Assembly (NCBI GenBank): GCA_050726055.1
Contig: JBOHIW010000013.1
Location: 59,044 to 123,043 of the forward strand
DNA: 64,000 nucleotides
Origin: Phyllobacterium sp.
GTDB taxonomy: Bacteria > Pseudomonadota > Alphaproteobacteria > Rhizobiales > Rhizobiaceae
Reading direction: 5' to 3'
The translations under genes were made by a program, and so were the position numbers. The notes under the pieces were generated by a model, which searched no databases, was not told where the DNA came from, and saw only the letters and a program-made list of their open reading frames with translations. Below, in pieces: positions 19,602-28,993 of this stretch (positions within the stretch are counted from its first letter, which is position 1; every line of letters begins with the position of its first letter).

Positions 19602-21194
19602 TCAATGACCGCCGCCACCACCACTTGCCGCCGCTGGGGGCTTGCGCATCATCACGGCAAAGACGGCGAGTGACACGAAGAGCAATGTCAGCAGATAGAA
19701 CACGTCGATGAATGCCATGACGGTTGCCTGCTGGTGCAGCATCTGCGAGATCTTCTGCAAGGCCGCCGCCGGTCCGTCGAGGCCGTAGGCTTCAAAATTG
19801 CGGGCCATCGACCGGAGTTTGTCTTCGGCAATTTCATTGCCCCAGCGGACATGCTCGGAAAGCCGCTCGTAATGCATGGCGTTTCGATTGGTCAGGATCG
19901 TGTTGATGATGGCAAGACCGACCGCGCCGCCAAGGTTGCGCATCAGGTTGAAAAGGCCGGACGCGTTCTTGATGCGCGAGGGCGGGAGCATTCCGAGCGC
20001 GAGGTTGTTGATCGGCACCATGCACAGCATCAGCGAGCAGCCGCGAAGGATCTGCGGCAGCAACAATTCATGAAAATCCCAGTCGGCTGTCAGCCCGGTC
20101 ATGACCCATGTACCGGCGGCAAAGCCGATAAAGCCCACCATCATCATGGCGCGGGGGTCCATACGCGTCGAAAGGAACCCGGCAACGGGGGCGGTCATGA
20201 ACATGGAAAGGCCGCTGATGAAAAGCGCTTCGCCGATCATGAAGGAATCGAAACCACGCACCCGCGCGAGATAGGCGGGGTAGAGATAGGTCAGCCCATA
20301 GAGCCCGATGCCCATAACGAAGGAGAAGACCGACCCCAGCGCGAAATTGCCGTTGGAGAAGGCGCGGAGATCGACGATCGGCTCTTCCTGCGAAAAGGCG
20401 CGGTAGAAGAAAACGATGGCGCCGATCGTCAGGACGATGGTGAACAACAGCACCGTTTCATCCTGCATCCAGTCGTTGCGCGGGCCTTCCTCAAGCACGA
20501 ATTCGAGCGAGCCGAGGAAAGCCGCCATGCCCGCGAGGCCCCACCAGTCGAACTTGTTGAGAAGCGCCCAGTTCGGCTTGTCGAAGTCGATCAGCTTCCA
20601 CGACGCGATGGCGACGAGAATGCCGGGAACGATGTTGACCAGAAACAGCCAGTGCCATGAAAAGGCGCTGCTCAGATAGCCGCCGACAGTCGGGCCGATG
20701 GTGGGCGCGAGCGTCGCGACAAGGCCGATCATCGGTGAAACGATGGAGCGCTTGGATGGCGGGAAGATCGTGAAGGCCGCGGCGAAAACGCTGGGAATCA
20801 TGCCACCGCCGATGAACCCCTGGATCGCGCGGTAGACGATCATCTGCTCCATGCTGGTGGCGGTTGCGCACAGGGCGCTGGCTGCGGTGAAACCCGCGGC
20901 CGAAACCGTGAACAGGACGCGCGTGGACATCAGGCGGCCCAGAAATCCCGAAAGGGGAATCATGATCACTTCGGCGATCAGATAGGATGTCTGGACCCAC
21001 GAGATTTCGTCGGAACTGGCCGCCAGTCCGGCCTGGATCTCGGCCAGCGAGGCGGACACGATCTGGATATCCAGAATTGCCATGAACATGCCGAAGACCA
21101 TCGCCATGAAGGCGATTGCGCGCTTCGGGTCTATGCGATCCTCAGCCGCTGGACCGGAGGCGGCGGGATTGCCGATTGTCGTGGCGTTGGACAT
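19602..21194 (-). CDS. emrB: DHA2 family MFS multidrug efflux permease
   Basis: FMAILDIQIV, SWVQTSYLIAEVI, GPTVGGYL, WHWLFLVN, ASGLFNLMRNLGGAVG; 14-TMS pattern. Confidence 0.92.
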   Translation of the reverse strand: MSNATTIGNPAASGPAAEDRIDPKRAIAFMAMVFGMFMAILDIQIVSASLAEIQAGLAASSDEISWVQTSYLIAEVIMIPLSGFLGRLMSTRVLFTVSAAGFTAASALCATATSMEQMIVYRAIQGFIGGGMIPSVFAAAFTIFPPSKRSIVSPMIGLVATLAPTIGPTVGGYLSSAFSWHWLFLVNIVPGILVAIASWKLIDFDKPNWALLNKFDWWGLAGMAAFLGSLEFVLEEGPRNDWMQDETVLLFTIVLTIGAIVFFYRAFSQEEPIVDLRAFSNGNFALGSVFSFVMGIGLYGLTYLYPAYLARVRGFDSFMIGEALFISGLSMFMTAPVAGFLSTRMDPRAMMMVGFIGFAAGTWVMTGLTADWDFHELLLPQILRGCSLMLCMVPINNLALGMLPPSRIKNASGLFNLMRNLGGAVGLAIINTILTNRNAMHYERLSEHVRWGNEIAEDKLRSMARNFEAYGLDGPAAALQKISQMLHQQATVMAFIDVFYLLTLLFVSLAVFAVMMRKPPAAASGGGGGH

Positions 21195-21206
21195 GGTTCG
21201 GGGCCG

Positions 21207-22406
21207 TTAATCCGTTGAGGCGAGCGTTCCGTGCGATATCGGGGCCGTGCGCGTATCGACCTCGACAATCGTGCTCAGCCCCGCGCGCAACTTGCCGCTG
21301 GCGAGCAGTTCTTCGGGGAAATCGATCCGCACCGGAACACGCTGGACGACCTTGGTGAAATTGCCGGTCGCGTTTTCGGCGGGCAGCAGCGAGAACACCG
21401 ATCCTGACGCCGGCGCAAGCGACGTCACCGTTCCTTCAAAGGGCTCATCGTCCATCGCGTCGATGGTGATGCGGACCTTTTCGCCAGACGCGATCCTGGC
21501 GATCTGCGTTTCCTTGAAGTTCGCCTCGATATAGAGATTGTGAACCGGAACGAGGGCGGCAAGGCGCTGGCCGGTGCTGACGAACGCGCCTTTCTCGACG
21601 GAGAGATTGCCGATCACGCCATCATAAGGCGCACGGATTGTCGTGAATGAAAGGTCGCGCGCGGCCTTGTCCCGGACGAGATCGAGCGATGCGATGCCGC
21701 TTTCGGCCTCGTTATATTGCGCTTTCAGCACAGCGATGTCGGCGCTGGCGGCGGCGATTTTGGCGTCCGCGCCTTCCAGATTGGCCTGCGCCTGTTTCAG
21801 GGCCGCGGTCGCGGCGTCGAGCTGCGATTGGGATGCAAATTTTGTGGTGTGAAGCTGGTTGGCGCGGTCGAGCGTCGTCGCCGCATTGTCGGTGACGGCC
21901 TGCGTTGCCGATTTCGCGGCCTGCGCCTGCTGGAGTGCTGCCTTGGCGGCCTCGATCTGCGCGTTGATCCGGTCGAGCGATTTCTGCTGGGTGGCAATCT
22001 GGGCTTCAGCCTGCTGCAAGGCAATGCGGTAGTCGCCGTCATCGATGGTGAAAATCGGATCGCCAGCCTTGACGGCCTGGTTTTCCGTGACCTCGACCGA
22101 GGCGACATAGCCGCCGATCTTCGGTGCGATCGATGTGATCTTGCCAACGATATAGGCGTCGTCCGTCGAAACCATGAAGCGTCCGTCCGTCCACCAGTGA
22201 TAACCATACCAACCGGCACCGGCGAGCGTCGCCGCGAGCAGGACGGGCAGAACGAAACCACGCGATGAGCGCTTTTTTGGTGCGGCGGGGCGGACGGCTT
22301 CGCCCATCTCGTGCCGGTTGGGCGCTTCGCCGGCAGGCTCCGATGCTGGCGCCTTCGTTGGGAATGGGCGGACTTCCGCCCCCGATGAAATATGTGGCGC
22401 AGACAT
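21207..22406 (-). CDS. emrA: HlyD family membrane fusion protein
   Basis: STDDAY, coiled-coil hairpin, IRAPYDGVIGN, LLPAENATGNFTKVVQRVPVRI. Confidence 0.93.
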   Translation of the reverse strand: MSAPHISSGAEVRPFPTKAPASEPAGEAPNRHEMGEAVRPAAPKKRSSRGFVLPVLLAATLAGAGWYGYHWWTDGRFMVSTDDAYIVGKITSIAPKIGGYVASVEVTENQAVKAGDPIFTIDDGDYRIALQQAEAQIATQQKSLDRINAQIEAAKAALQQAQAAKSATQAVTDNAATTLDRANQLHTTKFASQSQLDAATAALKQAQANLEGADAKIAAASADIAVLKAQYNEAESGIASLDLVRDKAARDLSFTTIRAPYDGVIGNLSVEKGAFVSTGQRLAALVPVHNLYIEANFKETQIARIASGEKVRITIDAMDDEPFEGTVTSLAPASGSVFSLLPAENATGNFTKVVQRVPVRIDFPEELLASGKLRAGLSTIVEVDTRTAPISHGTLASTD

Positions 22407-22461
22407 GGCGGCGATTTTCCTGTCTATCGTATCGTGATGATGGTAAATGGGACAATACGCA

Positions 22462-22536
22462 TTGAACCGATCGGTTCGATGGTTGATTTAGCTTATAATA
22501 AGCGCCATATCAAGATGATCGAACCGGTCGGTTCGA
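22462..22536. promoter_or_regulatory. Two copies of a TetR-type palindromic operator
   Basis: TTGAACCG-AT-CGGTTCGA (22462-22479) and TCGAACCG-GT-CGGTTCGA (22519-22536) between divergent emrA and the TetR gene. Confidence 0.75.
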
Positions 22537-22571
22537 AGAATTTGTTTTGTGATGGCGGTGAAGGGCTTCGA

Positions 22572-23234
22572 ATGGCCTCGGATATGACAGACGAATGCAA
22601 GGCATGTCGCCCGCCCCGGCTGGCTGCTGGCCAGGATCCGGTGAAGCGCAAGCAGATTCTGGATGGTGCGCGGCGCATCTTTTCCCAAATGGGTTTTGAC
22701 GCCGCCAGCATGAACGACATCACGCGGGAAGCGGGCGTCTCCAAAGGCACGATCTACGTTTATTTTCAGAACAAGGAAGAATTGTTCGAGGCGCTTTGCG
22801 AGGATGTTCGCGCGGTTCTTTTTGCCGACATCATTCATTCGCTGGAGAATCGCGAAGGATTTCGCGATGCGCTCATCAGCTTCGGTGTGAAGCTGGTGGG
22901 GCTGATCGCCTCCGAAGAGGCGATCCGGGTGCAACGCACCGTGATCGGCGTCGCTGAACGCATGCCGCATCTTGGCCAGACTTTTTATGATAACGGGCCG
23001 CGCAAGGGACAGGATCTCCTGAAGACTATCCTTGGTCGCAAGGTCGAGGCGGGCGAACTGGCTATCGACGATACGGAACTCGCCGCCTTCCAGCTTTTCG
23101 ACCTGTTTCAATCGGGCATCTACCGCCGCCGGCTTTTCGGCTCCATGGCGCATCCGCCATCAGAGGAGCGCCTCACCTATACAGTTACGCAGGCCGTGGA
23201 TGTTTTCCTTCGGGCCTATGCGGTCAACCGCTAG
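22572..23234 (+). CDS. emrR: TetR/AcrR family regulator of emrAB
   Basis: KRKQILDGARRIF..GF..ASMNDITREAGVSKGTIYVYFQNKEELF; TetR_C_7-like C-terminus. Start may be 22584. Confidence 0.88.
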   Translation: MASDMTDECKACRPPRLAAGQDPVKRKQILDGARRIFSQMGFDAASMNDITREAGVSKGTIYVYFQNKEELFEALCEDVRAVLFADIIHSLENREGFRDALISFGVKLVGLIASEEAIRVQRTVIGVAERMPHLGQTFYDNGPRKGQDLLKTILGRKVEAGELAIDDTELAAFQLFDLFQSGIYRRRLFGSMAHPPSEERLTYTVTQAVDVFLRAYAVNR

Positions 23235-23235
23235 G

Positions 23236-23634
23236 TCAGGCCGCGAGGCAATTGGCGCAGGTTCCGCGAATTTCAATCGTGGTTTTCGAGCGCTTGAAGC
23301 CATTATCCTCCGACCAGTTCTTGACGCGCGCTTCGATCGCGCCATCGGCGAATTCCGTCACCTGACCGCATGTTTCGCAGATCGCGAAGGCGATCATGCC
23401 GTGGCTATGACATTGCGGATGATTGCAGGCCACGAAGGCATTGATGCTTTCGAGGCGGTGGACCATGCCGTAATCCAGCAGCTTGTCGAGCGCCCGGTAG
23501 ACCTGAAGCGGCGCGCGGAAGCCATCATCCCGCAATTTGTCGAGGATCGTATAGGCGCTCAACGGCCCGTCAGCCTTCGCCAGGGCATCGAGCACCAAAG
23601 TCTGGTTCTTGGTCAATGCAGGTGCGGCGGTCAT
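23236..23634 (-). CDS. zur: Zinc uptake regulator (Fur family)
   Basis: PLSAY.ILDKLR..GFRAPLQVYRALDKL, HRLESINAFVAC, CETC and CANC motifs. Confidence 0.9.
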   Translation of the reverse strand: MTAAPALTKNQTLVLDALAKADGPLSAYTILDKLRDDGFRAPLQVYRALDKLLDYGMVHRLESINAFVACNHPQCHSHGMIAFAICETCGQVTEFADGAIEARVKNWSEDNGFKRSKTTIEIRGTCANCLAA

Positions 23635-23671
23635 TCTGAAATCCACTTTTTAATGATCTTTGTATTGACGA

Positions 23672-23688
23672 ATGTAATATCATAACAT
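23672..23688. promoter_or_regulatory. Zur box
   Basis: ATGTAAT-ATC-ATAACAT (one mismatch from ATGTTAT-N3-ATAACAT), lying between a TTGACG -35 (23665-23670) and the -10 region of the ABC operon. Confidence 0.75.
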
Positions 23689-23757
23689 AGTCGTCGTCAA
23701 GAAACAGCGTGCTGCCCGCTCTGGCGAGGAGCGACGAGGCCACATCCGGATGATCAT

Positions 23758-24585
23758 ATGACAGATACATGCCTGACCTTTCGTGATCTGACACTTGGCT
23801 ACAACAGCCACCCGGCTGTGCACCATCTCAGTGGCGAGATCAAGGGCGGTTCGCTAATCGCGGTCGTCGGTTCCAACGGTTCGGGCAAGTCGACGCTGAT
23901 GAAGGGTATCGCCGGTGTGCTCAAGCCGATGTCGGGCACGTGCGTTCGAGGAAAGGATGTGCGGACCGCCTATCTTCCGCAACAGTCCGAACTGGACCGC
24001 ACCTTTCCCGCGCGGGTTTATGATCTGGTGTCACTCGGGCTTTGGCCGCGACGCGGGCTGCTCGGGCGGCATACGGCAGCGGATCGCGAAGCGATCGCCG
24101 AAGCGTTGCTGGCGGTCGGGCTGGAAGGTTTCGAGAAGCGCCCCATCGATACGCTGTCCGGCGGCCAGCTTCAGCGCGTCCTTTTTGCAAGGGTGTTGTT
24201 GCAGGACGCCAATCTCATCCTGCTCGACGAGCCGTTCAACGCCATCGATGCGAAGACGGTGGGCGATCTGATCACGCTGATCAAGCGTTGGCACGGTGAA
24301 AAGCGGACAGTGCTCGTGGTGGCGCATGATCTGGACCTTGTGCGCAACCATTTCCCCGAGACGCTGTTGCTGGCGCGCCTGCCGGTCGCGTGGGGCGAGA
24401 CGCGGGAAACGCTGAGAGCGGAAAATCTGCTGCGCGCGCGGCAGTTCCACGAAGCGTGGAACGAGGACGCGCCATGGTGCGCGCCGGACGAGGGCGAGCA
24501 TCGTCACGATCATGCGCATGACCATCACCATGAAGGCCATGGTCATGCGCCGGTCGCTGGCAAATCCGGCTCGGAGGCTGCGTGA
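23758..24585 (+). CDS. aztA: Zn/Mn ABC transporter ATP-binding protein (AztA/TroB-like)
   Basis: GSNGSGKST, LSGGQLQRVLFAR, LLDEPF, VAHDL; His-rich C-terminal tail. Confidence 0.8.
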   Translation: MTDTCLTFRDLTLGYNSHPAVHHLSGEIKGGSLIAVVGSNGSGKSTLMKGIAGVLKPMSGTCVRGKDVRTAYLPQQSELDRTFPARVYDLVSLGLWPRRGLLGRHTAADREAIAEALLAVGLEGFEKRPIDTLSGGQLQRVLFARVLLQDANLILLDEPFNAIDAKTVGDLITLIKRWHGEKRTVLVVAHDLDLVRNHFPETLLLARLPVAWGETRETLRAENLLRARQFHEAWNEDAPWCAPDEGEHRHDHAHDHHHEGHGHAPVAGKSGSEAA

Positions 24586-24588
24586 GCC

Positions 24589-25449
24589 ATGTATGATTTT
24601 TTCATCGCTCCCTTTGTCGAATTCGGCTTCATGCAGCGAGCGCTCTGGGGGGCGCTGGCGCTGGCGGTCAGTTCCTGTCCGGTCGGCGTTTTCCTGATGC
24701 TGCGCCGCATGAGCCTGACCGGCGACGCGATGGCCCATGCCATTTTGCCCGGTGCTGCTGTCGGTTTCCTTCTCTACGGGCTCCAGATCGTGCCCATGAC
24801 CATTGGCGGGCTGATCGCGGGTGTGATCGTCGCGCTGGGAGCCGGCGCCGTATCGCGCTTTACGATCCAGAAGGAAGACGCGTCGCTTGCCGCCTTCTAT
24901 CTGATTTCCCTGGCGCTCGGCGTGCTCATCGTTTCCATGCGCGGGTCCAGCATCGATCTCATGCATGTGCTGTTCGGCACGGTTCTGGCGCTCAACAATG
25001 ATGCGTTGGCGCTGATCGGCTCCATCGCCGTCATCACGATTGTCACGCTGTCAGTCTTCTGGAGGGCGCTGGTCGCGGAGTGCCTCGATCCGCTGTTCCT
25101 GCGCTCGGTCAGCCGTCTCGGAACGCCGGTGCACTTCATCTTTCTGGGGCTGGTGGTACTCAATCTCGTTGGCGGATTTCAGGCGCTGGGCACGCTGCTG
25201 TCGGTCGGGCTGATGATGCTGCCTGCCGCCGCTGCCCGTTTCTGGACCACACGGGTCGGCCCCATGTGCGTCGTCGCAACGCTGATCGGCATCGCATCCA
25301 GCATTGCTGGGTTGCTGCTGTCCTACCACGCGTCCCTGCCTTCCGGACCGGCGATCATCCTGTCGGCGGGCGTTGTCTATTTCGCTTCGACCCTGTTTGG
25401 CCCGCGCGGCGTTCTCAACTCGCGCCAGCACCGTCACAGGACTGCCTGA
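24589..25449 (+). CDS. aztB: Zn/Mn ABC transporter permease (ABC-3 family)
   Basis: GVFLMLRRMSLTGDAMAHAILPG, DLMHVLFG, QALGTLL, LPSGPAII. Confidence 0.82.
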   Translation: MYDFFIAPFVEFGFMQRALWGALALAVSSCPVGVFLMLRRMSLTGDAMAHAILPGAAVGFLLYGLQIVPMTIGGLIAGVIVALGAGAVSRFTIQKEDASLAAFYLISLALGVLIVSMRGSSIDLMHVLFGTVLALNNDALALIGSIAVITIVTLSVFWRALVAECLDPLFLRSVSRLGTPVHFIFLGLVVLNLVGGFQALGTLLSVGLMMLPAAAARFWTTRVGPMCVVATLIGIASSIAGLLLSYHASLPSGPAIILSAGVVYFASTLFGPRGVLNSRQHRHRTA

Positions 25450-25479
25450 TAACACTCACGAACCTTCAAGGAGAGCAGG

Positions 25480-26436
25480 ATGCTCGGACAATTTCGGCTT
25501 GCCACTATTTTGACCGTTATAACATTACCTACTTTTTCTGCCGCACCGGCCTATGCCGAGCCGCTGAAAGTGGTGGCGAGCTTTTCGATCATCGGGGACT
25601 TCGCCAGCAATGTCGGCGGCGACCGGATCGAGCTGAAAACGCTGGTCGGCCCGGATGGCGATGCGCATCTCTACGAGCCGCGCCCTGCCGATGCCGTCGC
25701 GATGTCGGCCGCTGATATCGTGCTGGTCAACGGTCTCCAGTTTGAAGGCTTCCTGAAGCGGCTGGCCGAGGCCAGCGGCACGAAAGCCACTATTGTCGAA
25801 CTTTCCAACGGGATCGAGACCCTCAGGAGCGACGACGGGGAACATCATCACGAGGGGGAAGAAGCCGAGGTCGGGCATGCTGATGGGAGCGGCCATGATC
25901 ATGGGGCATTCGATCCCCACGCCTGGCAATCCGTCGCCAATGCGCAAGTCTATGTGAACAATGTTGCGGCTGCGTTCTGCAATGCCGACAACGAAGGCTG
26001 CGACACCTACAAGAGCAATGCAGCGCGCTATCTGGAAAAGCTGGCGGCGCTCGATACCGACATCAAGGACACGGTTGCCGCGATCCCCGAAGACAAGCGG
26101 ACGATCATCACGTCGCATGATGCATTCAAATATTTCGAGCATGAATACGGGTTGAAGTTCCTCGCTCCGGAGGGCGTCTCGACCGAGGCCGAAGCGTCTG
26201 CTGCCGATGTTGCGGCGCTTATCCGGCAGATCAGGGAAGACAAGGCATCGGCGATCTTTGTCGAGAACATTACCAATCAGCGCCTGATCGAGCAGATCGC
26301 CAGCGAGACGGGAATCAGGATTGGCGGCACGCTCTATTCCGACGCGCTGTCGGGAAATGATGGCCCGGCAGCAACCTATATCGACATGATGCGCAATAAT
26401 ATCAGCGTCATTAAGGCAGCCATTCAGAGCGATTGA
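25480..26436 (+). CDS. aztC: Zn ABC transporter substrate-binding protein (cluster A-I, AztC-like)
   Basis: VVASFSII, DAHLYEP, His-rich loop, DPHAW, TSHDAF, YSDALS. Confidence 0.82.
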   Translation: MLGQFRLATILTVITLPTFSAAPAYAEPLKVVASFSIIGDFASNVGGDRIELKTLVGPDGDAHLYEPRPADAVAMSAADIVLVNGLQFEGFLKRLAEASGTKATIVELSNGIETLRSDDGEHHHEGEEAEVGHADGSGHDHGAFDPHAWQSVANAQVYVNNVAAAFCNADNEGCDTYKSNAARYLEKLAALDTDIKDTVAAIPEDKRTIITSHDAFKYFEHEYGLKFLAPEGVSTEAEASAADVAALIRQIREDKASAIFVENITNQRLIEQIASETGIRIGGTLYSDALSGNDGPAATYIDMMRNNISVIKAAIQSD

Positions 26437-26489
26437 ATCGTCGTGTTTCCCAATGAATGTTCTGGCGCGAGGCTGGACGTGACCCGGCT

Positions 26490-26525
26490 GCCATGCCGAC
26501 TCGTGCAAATCCGAGCCGGCATGGC
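26490..26525. other. Stem-loop between convergent aztC and terC-like genes
   Basis: GCCATGCCGACTCG / CGAGCCGGCATGGC arms with one mismatch; end coordinates approximate. Confidence 0.45.
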
Positions 26526-26540
26526 TGAAATGCAGGCGGC

Positions 26541-28103
26541 TTAAATATAAGCCGCCGTGGTGTCGACCGGCGTGATGCGCACCTTGCCGATATTGCGCCC
26601 GTCCATCTCGACGATCTCGTAGCTCAGGCCATCGACGGTGATTTTTTCACCCTGGGTTGGCAGCGAGCCGAGATGCCAGAGGATATAGCCGGCGAGCGTC
26701 GTGTAACGGTCGCTGTCGTCGACCAGATCCTTGTTGACCAGACCGCTGAGACGGCGGATATCGACATAGCCGTCAACCGTCCATGAGCCATCGTCGCCGC
26801 GCTGCACGGTCGGCGCTTCCTCGCCCTCGTCGGGGAAGTCGCCAGCGATTGCTTCCAGAATATCGGTCGGCGTCACGACGCCTTCGAAGGAGCCATGCTC
26901 GTCGAGGATGATGCCGATCTGGATCGGGGCGGTACGAAGCTGTTCCATGACCTTCAGCACGCTTGCATTCTCGTGCAGGACGAGGGGCTGGCGCGAAACC
27001 TTGTCCCATTCGACGTTCTTTCCATCGGCGAGATAGTGAAGCAGATCTTTCGCCAGCGCCACGCCGACAAATTCGTCCACCTGTCCGCGCGCCAGAATGA
27101 TGCGCGAATGGGTCAGCTCCAGAATTTCCTGCCGCATTTCTTCATCAGTTGAGTCGAGGTCGAGCCATTCGACCTCGTTGCGCGGCGACATGATGGAGTG
27201 AACCGGGCGGTCCGCAAGATCGAGAACGCCGCGTATCATTTCCTTTTCTTCCGGCAGGAAGACTTCACCGGCGGCCGTCTGCTCGGCGATCACGTCAACA
27301 GTGTCGGAAAGCGGGGTTTCGCCGCGTCCGCCGCCAAGCAGGCGCAGAACCGCGCCTGCCGTGCGGTCGCGAAGATCGTTGGTCGTGACCAGCTTTTCGC
27401 GATTGTGACGACCGACCTGGTTGGCGGCCTCGATCAGCACCGAGAAACCGATGGCAGCGTAGAGATAGCCCTTCGGAATGTGGAAGCCGAAGCCTTCGAC
27501 GATCAGGCTGAAACCGATCATCATCAGGAAGCCAAGGCAGAGAATAACCACCGTCGGATGACGGCTGACAAAGTTCATCAGCGCCTTGGACGCGGCCATC
27601 ATGACGCCAACGGCGATGATGACGGCGATCATCATGACTTCGAGATGCTGCACCATGCCAACGGCGGTGATGACGCTATCGAGCGAGAACACGGCATCGA
27701 GAACGACGATCTGGGCAATGACCTGCCAGAAGACGGCGTGAACCGGCGAACTCTCCTGCGGCCCGTGGCCACCTTCGAGACGCTCGTGCAACTCCATCGT
27801 GCCCTTGAACAGCAGGAACAGGCCACCGACGATCAGGATGATATCCCGGCCTGAGAAACCGTAGCCGAGAACGGTGAAAAGCGGGGCTGTCAGCGTGACG
27901 ACCCATGAAATCGATGCCAGCAGGAGAAGCCGCATGATAAGCGCAAGCGATAGGCCGAGGACGCGGGCCTTGTTGCGCTGATGCGGCGGCAGCTTGTCGG
28001 CGAGAATTGCTATGAACACCAGATTGTCGATGCCCAACACGATCTCAAGCAGGATCAGTGTGAAGAGGCCAATCCAGGCATTAGGGTCAGCTAACCATTC
28101 CAT
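26541..28103 (-). CDS. TerC family membrane protein with CBS pair and CorC/HlyC domain (YegH/YoaE-like)
   Basis: [63 protein letters not shown]. Confidence 0.92.
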   Translation of the reverse strand: MEWLADPNAWIGLFTLILLEIVLGIDNLVFIAILADKLPPHQRNKARVLGLSLALIMRLLLLASISWVVTLTAPLFTVLGYGFSGRDIILIVGGLFLLFKGTMELHERLEGGHGPQESSPVHAVFWQVIAQIVVLDAVFSLDSVITAVGMVQHLEVMMIAVIIAVGVMMAASKALMNFVSRHPTVVILCLGFLMMIGFSLIVEGFGFHIPKGYLYAAIGFSVLIEAANQVGRHNREKLVTTNDLRDRTAGAVLRLLGGGRGETPLSDTVDVIAEQTAAGEVFLPEEKEMIRGVLDLADRPVHSIMSPRNEVEWLDLDSTDEEMRQEILELTHSRIILARGQVDEFVGVALAKDLLHYLADGKNVEWDKVSRQPLVLHENASVLKVMEQLRTAPIQIGIILDEHGSFEGVVTPTDILEAIAGDFPDEGEEAPTVQRGDDGSWTVDGYVDIRRLSGLVNKDLVDDSDRYTTLAGYILWHLGSLPTQGEKITVDGLSYEIVEMDGRNIGKVRITPVDTTAAYI

Positions 28104-28435
28104 TGACGGAAAAAATCCTTCAGACGCGCGCAACCGCGCCTGCGGACATGACCAATGCCATCGCAACCACGGCAAGCTTGTGGGATAAAGGGAGGGATCG
28201 GAAACTCAGCCCTGATAATTGCCTGCACCGGAATATCGGCGCGCGCGTACTTCGCGCTTCAGGACTGGAAGGTTCGTCAGACTGTTCGTCCGGCATTGAA
28301 GCCTGGTTAAATCCCTGTTGTCAGATACGCTCATTCGCGCCGATTTTTGAAAGGCGTCGCTAGCGAGTTCTGCAATAATGGCATGGCGGCGGGTTGCCGA
28401 TCAACCCGTTTCGCAGCTTTTGAGCATATTTTCGT

Positions 28436-28993
28436 TCAGCCGGCGAAGCCGCCGGTATCGAGAAACGCCTGTTCTTCCCCAGTCGTCTCGCGCCCGAGCA
28501 TCGGGTTTCGATGCGGAAAACGACTGAATTTCAATATGATATCCCGATGTTGAACGGCATGTTTCGATGTGTCGGGGCCGAGCGGGAGGTTCAGTTCGAC
28601 GGCCCGCTCCTGATCCTCGATATTTTCCGAATGCGACAGCGGGAGATAGAAGAAAACCCGCAAATTCTGTTCGACCTCAAGGTCGTGGCCTTTCTCCAGC
28701 GCGATTTTCGAGAAGTGACGCGCCAGCGGGTCGGTGGCATACATATGGCCCGTTCCACGGAAGCAATTGCGCGGGAACTGGTCGAGCAGAATCATCAGCG
28801 CCAGACAACCTTCGGCCGTTTCGGCCCAGTGATCGAGCTTGCGTGATGCCGCCATGAAATGCAGATCGAGAAATTGCTCGCGGAAGGCGGCATCGAAGGC
28901 GTCGTCCTTCAGGAACCAGCGGTCGGGACCGGCCTCACGCCAGAACTGCGTGCAGGACTGAATGTCGCGAATGTGTCTTTCCATATCCATCAT
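28436..28993 (-). CDS. DUF924 family protein
   Basis: WF.KD.AFD..FR, ILLDQFPRN.FRG, FFYLPL.HSE, H..II.KF.RFPHRN..LGR.TT.EE. Confidence 0.88.
   Translation of the reverse strand: MMDMERHIRDIQSCTQFWREAGPDRWFLKDDAFDAAFREQFLDLHFMAASRKLDHWAETAEGCLALMILLDQFPRNCFRGTGHMYATDPLARHFSKIALEKGHDLEVEQNLRVFFYLPLSHSENIEDQERAVELNLPLGPDTSKHAVQHRDIILKFSRFPHRNPMLGRETTGEEQAFLDTGGFAG

Noticed and set aside
28104-28435. yybP-ykoY (Mn) riboswitch upstream of the TerC-family gene
   Set aside because: I could not find the GGGGAGUA or GAGAC conserved elements on the minus strand.
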